From Promethearchaeota archaeon (GTDB taxonomy: Archaea; Asgardarchaeota; Lokiarchaeia; Sigyniarchaeales; SOKP01), in the NCBI GenBank assembly GCA_030606485.1, contig JAUWGH010000003.1:360001-392000 (forward strand): 32,000 nt of DNA, written 5' to 3'. This document shows, in pieces, positions 9,229-17,395 of the stretch. How positions within the stretch are numbered: the stretch's first letter is position 1; each line of letters begins with the position of its first letter. Below the pieces are notes generated by a model. The model had not been told where the DNA came from. It did not search any database and worked only from the letters and a program-made list of their open reading frames with translations. The translations under genes were made by a program, and so were the position numbers.

Positions 9229-9771
9229 TTACATTTGAGATTCCTCAAGACACCTTCTCGCGATAAATTGAAAAGCTTTCTCTACATTCTCGCCTGTCTT
9301 CGCTGAAGTTTCCAAATATTCACACTTTAGGCGCGTTGCTAATTCTTCACCTTCTTCATTACTAACTTTACGCTCGAGATCAATTTTGTTCCCAATCAAT
9401 ATCATTGGGATTTCCTTATTTACTGATTTATTAATTGAGCTAACCCAACCTGGTATTTTCATTAGAGAGTCAGAACTAGTAACGTCATAGACTCCTAAAG
9501 CGCCATTTGAACCCTTAAAGTAAATTCGTCTTAGCTTTTGAAATTGAGCTTGACCTCCTATATCCCACAAGAGGAGTCTTACTTTCTTATTGTCGATATT
9601 AACATCTTTGATAAGGAAATTACTGCCAATGGTCTTTTTGAGATCTTCATTAAAGGTTTTTTTTATGTAGCGCAACAGAAGACTAGTTTTACCAACTCCT
9701 CCTGTTCCAAAAAGAGTTATCTTATATTTATAAACGTCCTCAGACTGTTCTGTAATTTTAGTTCCCTCCAA
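9229..9771 (-). CDS. Rab-like small GTPase
   Basis: G1 GTGGVGKTS, G2 TIGSNF, G3 WDIGGQ, G4 GNKID, G5 ETSAK; no terminal CC/CXC/CAAX motif. Confidence 0.96.
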   Translation of the reverse strand: MEGTKITEQSEDVYKYKITLFGTGGVGKTSLLLRYIKKTFNEDLKKTIGSNFLIKDVNIDNKKVRLLLWDIGGQAQFQKLRRIYFKGSNGALGVYDVTSSDSLMKIPGWVSSINKSVNKEIPMILIGNKIDLERKVSNEEGEELATRLKCEYLETSAKTGENVEKAFQFIARRCLEESQM

Positions 9772-9946
9772 TCATTACAAACTTGGATCTTATATTATTT
9801 AGAATTGTTTTTTAAATGTTAATTATTTTATAATTATTTTCTTATTTAATAATTTACATTAAAATACTTATAAAGCCAATTTTAAAAAAAAAGATAGATT
9901 ATTATTAAGAAAAGATTATTATAAAGAAAAGAGAAAGTGGTTTAAA

Positions 9947-10414
9947 ATGTTGGCATCATTACTTTCAAAGGCTAAAGAGGTAAATTATTTTTCTTATATA
10001 GGTATAATAGGTGGGATATTTGTCATTTTATCTGAATTTTTATCATGGTTTAGTGATAATAATTTAATTTTGATATATTTTTTATCACCATTTGACCCAG
10101 AGGCGTTTGTGTATTTTTTTCCTCTTATGTCAGGTATAATATGCCTTTTCGGAAGCATTTTATATACATTTCGTCAAGATTTAAAGATTAATTCAATTAT
10201 AATCCAGTTAATTGGATTAGGATTTAACACAATATTCATTTTAGATTTTATTGTAAATCAAATAGCGTTTATTTTGACAATTCAACTTGGGTTTTATTTT
10301 TTTATAGTTGGATTTTCATTAATTTTTATTGAGATTATTGTTAAATTAACTTGGAAAGAAGAGATACCGGTAAATCAAATAAAAGAAAAAAAAAATACCC
10401 AAATCGAAGAATAA
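9947..10414 (+). CDS. Hypothetical membrane protein (about 4 TM)
   Basis: Four hydrophobic segments and a charged C-terminal tail. Confidence 0.7.
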   Translation: MLASLLSKAKEVNYFSYIGIIGGIFVILSEFLSWFSDNNLILIYFLSPFDPEAFVYFFPLMSGIICLFGSILYTFRQDLKINSIIIQLIGLGFNTIFILDFIVNQIAFILTIQLGFYFFIVGFSLIFIEIIVKLTWKEEIPVNQIKEKKNTQIEE

Positions 10415-10449
10415 TTAAAATTTTTTCTAAATTTTGGGTGGTATAGTTA

Positions 10450-11319
10450 ATGGATTCAGAAAGAAAAGAACCCAATCATAAAGAAGAGAATTTCTACTCA
10501 GCTTTGAGCCATGAAATTCGACGCAAAATGCTTAAAATTATTGGTGAGCAAGGATATTCATCCTTTACAAACTTTAAAAAAATATTAGGGACGAGTACTG
10601 GGACAATTTATCATCATTTAGAGGTACTAAAAGATTTAATTTTTCAAGAGAAGAATAAAAAGTATTATCTGACCATTCTTGGGGGTCATGCCTATAAATT
10701 CCTTGATCAAAATATAGATTCAATTGAATCCACGAAAATTACTGAAAAGGATATAAAGTCGCCTTTTTTAAGAGGTATTTTATCATTTACTCCGAAAAAA
10801 ATGTTTCTCGGTAATCCAAGAGAAAATATCTTAACTATAGTTATATCAATAAGTATAATGATAACAGGAGCCATTTTTGCGGGTTTATCCGGGTTAAGTA
10901 CATGTATTTTATTTTTTCAAGATTCTGTTGAATTTCCATTACTTTTAGATCCTTTTTCGCAACTTGTTTTAGGTCTTATTTTTGTTTTAAATTATTTCGC
11001 CCTTTTTGCTTTAGCTGAATTCTTTAGTTATTTGTTCTATGAAAAAAAAGAGAATTCTTTTAAAATTTTTCTTAATTTTGGGTTGATTTATCTTCCAATT
11101 TTAATATATCTAGTAATTCATTATATTTTATTAATTTTAAATCTTAATTATTTAAAGATTTTAGATAATATTCTACTGATCTTTTTTCAAATTTGGGCTT
11201 TGTGGCTTTTGACCTATAATTTAAGTGTAAATAAATATATAAAAATAGAGAGAGCCTTGATTATAAGTTTGGTTATTCACTATGGAGCGTTTATTGTATT
11301 ATTTATTATTTCTTTATGA
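10450..11319 (+). CDS. ArsR-family wHTH fused to a C-terminal multi-TM (possibly Yip1-like) domain
   Basis: ALSHEIRRKML..I....SFT......STGTIYHHL.VL.DLI....YYLT..G is an ArsR-type wHTH; the C-half has about 5 TM helices. Confidence 0.82.
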   Translation: MDSERKEPNHKEENFYSALSHEIRRKMLKIIGEQGYSSFTNFKKILGTSTGTIYHHLEVLKDLIFQEKNKKYYLTILGGHAYKFLDQNIDSIESTKITEKDIKSPFLRGILSFTPKKMFLGNPRENILTIVISISIMITGAIFAGLSGLSTCILFFQDSVEFPLLLDPFSQLVLGLIFVLNYFALFALAEFFSYLFYEKKENSFKIFLNFGLIYLPILIYLVIHYILLILNLNYLKILDNILLIFFQIWALWLLTYNLSVNKYIKIERALIISLVIHYGAFIVLFIISL

Positions 11320-11321
11320 AA

Positions 11322-12617
11322 TTATAAGAAATTTTTAATAGTATTTTTAATATTTTGCAGTTTCTTTTCCGAATCTATTAAAGACTTCTCGTTTGTCGCA
11401 ACAAATGACGAAAAATTAAACCCATCTATAGATATTGGAGGTGTGATAATTTCCGGAATATCTTTCAGAAAATGAATTTCAACTCTATTCGAATCTGGTT
11501 GTTTTTTAGAATTTATTTTTTCTTTTAAGGAAAAATCCAACCTGTGATAATGTGAAAAGTTAATTGGATGAGGATCAAAATCTTTTATATTACCAAGTTT
11601 GGAGTTATATATAATTTCGAAAATATTTTCTTTCAAAATATTTCGAATTCCCAAATAACTTGTTGTCAATCGGGGATTAATTTCAATAAAGTATAAGGGA
11701 TTTGGATTTGAAGTACATTTAATGAAATCAACGCCAAAATACCCTTCTACTTTGAATTTTGATAATGCTGAAACTAATTGGTTTAAGTAATTCATTGGAA
11801 CACTTGCTATTGGTGAATATCCACCAAAATATTGGCTTGGTTCATTTGATTTTGAAATATTTAGGATTTGGGCATTAATACAGATGGGTAAAGGTTTAAA
11901 AGAATTTTCAATTGAATTTAATTTCCTCCCAATAAAAGAAACACTGAGATCTTGTCCGGAGACATATTCTTGAATTATGAATGGTCTCATGATAAAACTT
12001 TCCTTATTGAAATTCATTTGTTTTATAAATGCATTTAGTCTTTCAACATTATCGATAAAAAAAATAGATTCTGCACCGACTCCATCTTCTGGTTTTAGAA
12101 TAATTGGTTTTCTTAGTTTTTCAAAAATGTTCTTTAAAACTTTAATATTTAAACCACTGTTATTAGATGGAATTAAATATGTTTTGGGAGTGTTTAGGTT
12201 CATCAATTGAAAAAATTCATATGTTTGATATTTTGAAGTGAATTGTTGAATAAAGTTTGAGCCGACACTTAAGAGATTTTTATCATTGTCTTCGGCCAAC
12301 TTCGTAAGATTATACAAAATATTTTGAAATTCTGGCGCAATTATAAATGCATAATCATTATTCAAGAGAATTTTTTTAAATATTTTAATAAAATCATCAT
12401 TTTCTTTTACAATTGAAATAGTATCTGCCACAAGAATTTCATTTAATTTTGAGATTCGATCATCTAGAAGGGTTTCAATTTCAAAATCGATTGACATAAA
12501 ATCTTCTATACATGCTCGAAGCATAGCAAATCCTTCACAAAATAAAGAAATTGGCAGAGTTTCCTTATTAAAACCACCTCCCGAAATAAACTCAAAAATG
12601 AAAATCTTATTAGACAT
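11322..12617 (-). CDS. ATP-grasp ligase, MfnD (tyramine--L-glutamate ligase)-like
   Basis: N-terminal FEFISGGG...EG.AML....DF and IIAPE as in MfnD-type proteins; ATP-grasp motifs KPEDGVG, QEYVSG, GYFGVD, IEINPRLTTSY. Confidence 0.78.
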   Translation of the reverse strand: MSNKIFIFEFISGGGFNKETLPISLFCEGFAMLRACIEDFMSIDFEIETLLDDRISKLNEILVADTISIVKENDDFIKIFKKILLNNDYAFIIAPEFQNILYNLTKLAEDNDKNLLSVGSNFIQQFTSKYQTYEFFQLMNLNTPKTYLIPSNNSGLNIKVLKNIFEKLRKPIILKPEDGVGAESIFFIDNVERLNAFIKQMNFNKESFIMRPFIIQEYVSGQDLSVSFIGRKLNSIENSFKPLPICINAQILNISKSNEPSQYFGGYSPIASVPMNYLNQLVSALSKFKVEGYFGVDFIKCTSNPNPLYFIEINPRLTTSYLGIRNILKENIFEIIYNSKLGNIKDFDPHPINFSHYHRLDFSLKEKINSKKQPDSNRVEIHFLKDIPEIITPPISIDGFNFSSFVATNEKSLIDSEKKLQNIKNTIKNFL

Positions 12618-12688
12618 TATTGATTAATGAAAAGCTCACATATTAAAATAAAATGAAAAGGATTATTTTATAAATAATAAGAGGATAT

Positions 12689-12736
12689 AAAAATCTATAA
12701 AAAAATCTAACAAAAAAAATCTAACAAAAAACTAAG
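12689..12736 (+). repeat. Imperfect short tandem repeat (A5-8 TCTAAC-like, about 4 units)
   Basis: AAAAATCTAT / AAAAAAATCTAAC / AAAAAAAATCTAAC / AAAAAACTAAG in the divergent intergenic region. Confidence 0.5.
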
Positions 12737-12749
12737 GATATTGATTGAA

Positions 12750-13967
12750 ATGCCTTTTTTTGAACAAGAAGAAGTGCAGAAAATAAGATTTCTGCATTTT
12801 ACTATTAAAAAATTAGAGGAGAAGTTGAAAAATGACGAAGATTTTACAATCGATGAATTAAACAATATTTTAAGTTATACTATGATACTAAACAAGAATT
12901 ACGGAAATATAAATCACTTAAGAATCTTAAATGAAATGGATATTACGAAAGAATATATTGATCCATTAGAAAATAAGCCAATCCAAATAAGAGACCTATA
13001 TTTTGAATGTGCCCGTGTATTAGAGGTATTGGGGCAAGGGTATGAGAAATTATCACAAAAAAGAGAAGAGGAAGATTTTCCCGAAGATGCGATAATTGCA
13101 ATGTTAGAGAGTAGTAAAATTTATAAGGCATCTGCATACTTTTCAGCTGCATCTATGCATCAAAATTACAAGGGAATATCATTACTTCCATTAAATTTAG
13201 AGATAGAATCTGAAGAAGCACGCTTATTTGCGCAAAGTATTTCTGCTCTAAATGAAGAAATGAAGGGAAATTTAATATTTGCTTCCAAATTATATGCTGG
13301 ATTAAGTACTTTATCAAAAAGAATTTTTTATTTGAAAGAACATGATGATATTAAGAAGCACCAATTAAGAGCACAAATGCATTTTGATATGGGAAAAGCT
13401 TGTATATTAGTTATTGAAGTTGCATCAGATTACAATATAGATAAGCATCGAGTAGATAGCCTCAAACAAAAAGCACACTTCTATTTTAATAAAGCAACGG
13501 AGATTTGGGAAGAAATGATTAACACAATACCAAATTTAAAAGTAGAAGAGATACATAGTATTAAAGATAATATTACCGTATCGAACGATATTTTAGAAGA
13601 AATAAAAATCGAAGATCTTCCTTATGAGAAAATTAAAAAGATCCAAGATCCAGAACCTATTATTATTATCCCGGAAAATCTTGCACCATTTGTGCCTAAA
13701 GCGACCATTTATTTATCTAAAATAGTCCCTAAAGATTTAAATATTACAAGGTTCAAAAAATTCAAAAATAAGAAAATCGAGAAAAAAACATCATATTCAG
13801 AACTCGAGAAATTAGAAAGCGAAAAATTTGGAATTTCCAGAACGATATTAGAACTAAAAAAAATGAAGAAAGAAGGAGAGATTAGTTTAGAAGATTATAC
13901 TGAGCAACATGAAAAATATAAAAAGAAACTTAATGAAATTGAAACGAAGATAAAAAATTTGAAATAA
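12750..13967 (+). CDS. Hypothetical alpha-helical (TPR-like) protein with C-terminal coiled coil
   Basis: About 405 aa open frame with an Ala/Tyr-rich helical-repeat-like middle and a K/E-rich C-terminus. ATG 12750 preferred over TTG 12741. Confidence 0.7.
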   Translation: MPFFEQEEVQKIRFLHFTIKKLEEKLKNDEDFTIDELNNILSYTMILNKNYGNINHLRILNEMDITKEYIDPLENKPIQIRDLYFECARVLEVLGQGYEKLSQKREEEDFPEDAIIAMLESSKIYKASAYFSAASMHQNYKGISLLPLNLEIESEEARLFAQSISALNEEMKGNLIFASKLYAGLSTLSKRIFYLKEHDDIKKHQLRAQMHFDMGKACILVIEVASDYNIDKHRVDSLKQKAHFYFNKATEIWEEMINTIPNLKVEEIHSIKDNITVSNDILEEIKIEDLPYEKIKKIQDPEPIIIIPENLAPFVPKATIYLSKIVPKDLNITRFKKFKNKKIEKKTSYSELEKLESEKFGISRTILELKKMKKEGEISLEDYTEQHEKYKKKLNEIETKIKNLK

Positions 13968-13982
13968 AAAATTATAAAAATC

Positions 13983-14129
13983 TTATTCAATTTTACCTAA
14001 TTTTTTAATGCCAAAGAATAGTAAGGGAATAGCAGTCCCACCTCCTATAAGGAATAAAGGAAATGATAAAATGAATTTTATTAATTCAAAGGGTGGATCT
14101 ATTATTTCAAATATAGTTATAATTATTTT
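13983..14129 (-). other. Unannotated 48-codon hydrophobic open frame (remnant, frameshifted tail or non-canonical small ORF)
   Basis: Own translation: KIIITIFEIIDPPFELIKFILSFPLFLIGGGTAIPLLFFGIKKLGKIE*. It has no ATG/GTG/TTG and overlaps the stop of the XRE gene. Confidence 0.4.
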
Positions 14130-14533
14130 TTATCAAATTCGATAAGATCTTCGAATTTACACTTTAATTGTTTTGCAATTTTTTCTATAAATTCTGGTGG
14201 CTTATCTTGATCTTTAAATTCTTCATTTTCTATTTTCTTTATTTGTTCTACTTTTACTCCAATTAAAGTTGCTAGCTGTTCTTGGGTAAGATTAAACTCT
14301 TCTCGTTTTATTTTCATTACTGACTCATATTCAAATATATCATCAATTGATTTTCCAAAATGCTTCGCAATATCATGAGCAATTTTCAATGATGGGTTAT
14401 AATCACCCTTTTCTAAATATGAGATGGTCTGTCGAGAAACTCCTATGGCATCCGCTAAATCTTGTTGAGTCATAAAATTATTTGCTGCTCTCAATTCCTT
14501 TATTTTGGATACCAGTTTTTTCGCTAATCTCAA
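14123..14533 (-). CDS. Tandem XRE/Cro-family HTH transcriptional regulator
   Basis: Two HTH units: MTQQDLADAIGVSRQTISYLEKGDYNPSL and LTQEQLATLIGVKVEQIKKIEN. TTG start. Confidence 0.93.
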   Translation of the reverse strand: MRLAKKLVSKIKELRAANNFMTQQDLADAIGVSRQTISYLEKGDYNPSLKIAHDIAKHFGKSIDDIFEYESVMKIKREEFNLTQEQLATLIGVKVEQIKKIENEEFKDQDKPPEFIEKIAKQLKCKFEDLIEFDKK

Positions 14534-14537
14534 AGAA

Positions 14538-14544
14538 TCACCTT
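14538..14544 (-). promoter_or_regulatory. Shine-Dalgarno-like site
   Basis: AAGGTGA on the minus strand, 4 nt before the TTG at 14533; the same heptamer precedes ATG 2301. Confidence 0.6.
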
Positions 14545-14587
14545 ACTATAAGCATATTAAATTAAATTTAAAAAAAAAAGATAATTA

Positions 14588-15436
14588 TTAAAATTTAAAT
14601 AAATCCTCGATTCTTACCTTAAACTCCTTCGCAATTTTATAAGCTAATGATAATGAGGGCGTATATCTACCTGATTCTAACTGTCCTATAGTTTCTTTTT
14701 TAACACCGACTTTCTCTGCTAAATCTAACATAGATAGATTTTGATTTTCTCTCAATTCTTTAATACTATTCTTTAGTAAATCATCTTTATCTCTCAATTT
14801 CGTTAAAATATATGATATAAAGTTATCAAACGCCAATTCTTGTGGCTTAAAGATTTTATCTTCTAGTCCAGATGGCAAGACGTTATATTTATCCAACATT
14901 TGTTTTAACTCTTTCTCAAATGTGAAGGGATCTTTTATACCTGGTATGTATCCCTCAGGTCTTCCATAACCTTTTGCTGCTTGGGTATAAGCGCTTCCTC
15001 CTGCAGTTTCAATTTTTACCGTATAAAGACCAAAAATTCTATCGAAAAGACCATTTACAATATTAATATTTTGAATCCGAGAAAAAGGTATTGTTGCCCT
15101 GTGCTTAGTCCAAATTCCATGTTTAATCTCCAAATGAGAACTCATCATTCTATACGAAAAATTTTTGAGATAATATTGTATATATATATCATTCAACACC
15201 AAGATAACAACGGTCGGAATTATTACGATATAGAATAATAGTTGTAGATTTAAAGATTGTAGAAAGGCTGGAGACACATATCCAATATCAGGGTCTAATT
15301 GCACTAACCACAATATCAATATTACACATAGCCATGAAAAGCTAAATATCACAGTGCAACCAAATATCGCCTTTATATCTACTTTTTTCCTTAAGGAATT
15401 ATCGATTCTTCTCTCTTCGGCTTCTTTTATTTCCAT
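14588..15436 (-). CDS. Membrane protein: 2 TM + bacterial PH domain (bPH_2/DUF304-like) + C-terminal XRE HTH
   Basis: GIWTK....IPFSRIQNI....G.F.R.FGL.T..IETAG is bPH_2-like; IKELRENQNLS..DLA.KVGV..ETI..LESGRYTPSL.LA is XRE. The real start is probably ATG 15436 (ORF-track residue 50), since the first 49 codons are low-complexity A-rich sequence. Confidence 0.88.
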   Translation of the reverse strand: MEIKEAEERRIDNSLRKKVDIKAIFGCTVIFSFSWLCVILILWLVQLDPDIGYVSPAFLQSLNLQLLFYIVIIPTVVILVLNDIYIQYYLKNFSYRMMSSHLEIKHGIWTKHRATIPFSRIQNINIVNGLFDRIFGLYTVKIETAGGSAYTQAAKGYGRPEGYIPGIKDPFTFEKELKQMLDKYNVLPSGLEDKIFKPQELAFDNFISYILTKLRDKDDLLKNSIKELRENQNLSMLDLAEKVGVKKETIGQLESGRYTPSLSLAYKIAKEFKVRIEDLFKF

Positions 15437-15622
15437 TTTTTTATTTTTCAACTCCTTTTTATTTTTATTTTTTTTTATGTAAATATTTTTGGAATGCAAA
15501 TATATTTGACATTTCCTATAGTTAATTATAATAATACTTACATATTTAAAGGTTTTGATTAAAATTTTAAATTGTATATTCAATAAAATTTTAGAAAAAA
15601 GTAAAAGATTTAATTTAAATTA

Positions 15623-16462
15623 ATGAAATTAATTATTATGAAGTCTAATTTACTGAAAGATAAAATTGCAATTGTAACGGGCGCTTCAGGTGGAATTGGT
15701 CGAGAGATTGTTAAACTATTGGATCGTACCGGAATTCGCTTAGTTATTACGGATATTTATGAAAAAAAACTTAATGAAATTGGAAAAGAACTTTCTCAGG
15801 AACCTTTAACAATTCAATGTGATATAACAAAACTTGATCAAGTTAAGAATTTAATATCTCATACATTAGAAAAGTATGAAACAATAGATATTCTTGTAAA
15901 TACAGTAGGGATCATAGTACCTGCACTTTTTGAAGATGCTACTTATAAGGACATAGAAAAACAGATCAATGTTAATTTAATGGGTATAATACGATGTATT
16001 AAAGAAGTAATTCCGGTAATGAAAAAAGCTGAAAAGGGAAATATTGTAACGATTTCATCTCTCGCTGGTATTGTCCCCGAAACTTATAGTTCTATTTATA
16101 CTGCAACAAAGTTTGCTCTTAGGGGGTTAGGCTTTACTTTAAACCTTGAGCTTAAAAAACACAATATAGTTGTTTCTACTATTTTTCCAGATTCAGTTGA
16201 TACTCCTATGCTTGAATTCGAAGCAAAACATGGAGGATCTCCTCTAACTTTTCGAGTCAAGCCAGTAAAACCTGAAAAGGTTGCGAAATTAGTATTAAAA
16301 GCTATCATTAAAAAAAAGGTTGAGCTGTATATTCCCAGATTTGATGCATTTTTCTCTAAATTTATTATGTGCTTTCCTAAGGTAATTCAAAAACTCTGGC
16401 CGAGATTTGAAAAGAAGGGAGAGAAGAAAAAAGAGGAATTTTTAAGAAATTTAGAAAAATAA
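15623..16462 (+). CDS. Classical short-chain dehydrogenase/reductase
   Basis: TGASGGIG, DILVNTVG, catalytic S...YTATK. Start may be ATG 15638. Confidence 0.93.
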   Translation: MKLIIMKSNLLKDKIAIVTGASGGIGREIVKLLDRTGIRLVITDIYEKKLNEIGKELSQEPLTIQCDITKLDQVKNLISHTLEKYETIDILVNTVGIIVPALFEDATYKDIEKQINVNLMGIIRCIKEVIPVMKKAEKGNIVTISSLAGIVPETYSSIYTATKFALRGLGFTLNLELKKHNIVVSTIFPDSVDTPMLEFEAKHGGSPLTFRVKPVKPEKVAKLVLKAIIKKKVELYIPRFDAFFSKFIMCFPKVIQKLWPRFEKKGEKKKEEFLRNLEK

Positions 16463-16480
16463 TTCAATAAAAGCTTAAAT

Positions 16481-17233
16481 TTATGGCATTTTTTTGCTTT
16501 GATCTTTTACTGCCTTAATGGCTTTCTCAATTTCCTTTGGATCGCCAAGATAATAATGTTTGAGAGGTTTTAGATCTTTATCTAATTCATAAATCAATGG
16601 TATGCCCGTTGGAATATCCAACTTTGGGATTTCTTCATCTGAAATATTATCTAGATCCTTAACTAAACCTCGTAAGCTGTTACCATGGGCAGAGATCAAA
16701 ACTCTTTTCCCTGATTTGATTGTTGGCGAAATTACTTCTCTCCAATATGGAAGAACTCGTGCTATAGTATCTTTAAGACACTCGGTTAAGGGAATATCTT
16801 CCTCTTTTAGATTTTTATATTTTGAATCATACCCAGGATATCGTGAATCTGATTTATCCAACGCTGGAGGAGGAATATCAAAACTTCGACGCCAAATATA
16901 AACTTGTTCTTCACCCTTTTCTATGGCGGTTTCAGCTTTATCCAACCCTTGTAGACTTCCGTAATGGCGTTCATTTAGCCTCCAAGAGCGAAATACCGGG
17001 ATCCACATTAAATCCATCTCTTCAAGAACGATCCATAACGTTCGAATGCCTCTTTTCAAAACTGAAGTATATGCAATATCAAAAGTATAACCTCCATTTT
17101 TTAGGAGAAGTGCTGCTTTCTTAGATTCCTCAATACCTTTTTGAGATAAATCAACATCTGTCCAACCAGTAAATTTGGATGGAATTTTATTCCACACACT
17201 TTCACCATGTCGCAATAAAACGAGTTTAAACAT
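16481..17233 (-). CDS. gpmA: 2,3-bisphosphoglycerate-dependent phosphoglycerate mutase
   Basis: [11 protein letters not shown]...[44 protein letters not shown]. Confidence 0.97.
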   Translation of the reverse strand: MFKLVLLRHGESVWNKIPSKFTGWTDVDLSQKGIEESKKAALLLKNGGYTFDIAYTSVLKRGIRTLWIVLEEMDLMWIPVFRSWRLNERHYGSLQGLDKAETAIEKGEEQVYIWRRSFDIPPPALDKSDSRYPGYDSKYKNLKEEDIPLTECLKDTIARVLPYWREVISPTIKSGKRVLISAHGNSLRGLVKDLDNISDEEIPKLDIPTGIPLIYELDKDLKPLKHYYLGDPKEIEKAIKAVKDQSKKMP

Positions 17234-17395
17234 AATTTATAATCGACACCCTCGAAATTTTAATTTTGATAGATCAATAATCTTCAATTAATGTGAAATA
17301 CTTTATGATTCTTTTAAGATTATAACAATAGTATACAGAAAAAAATTATTATATATTAAAATACCTAAAATTATCCTATAATTAGTGATTCAAAT

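Noticed and set aside
9229-9252. C-terminal Cys (RRCLEESQM) as a prenylation signal
   Set aside because: The Cys is 7 residues from the end and fits neither CAAX, CC nor CXC.
8371-9822. Plus-strand ORFs 8371-8643 and 9538-9822
   Set aside because: Antisense shadows of thrS and of the Rab-like GTPase.
15437-15583. 49-codon N-terminal extension of the bPH_2-XRE ORF
   Set aside because: Low-complexity A-rich (K/N/I) sequence in the probable promoter region; ATG 15436 is the more plausible start.
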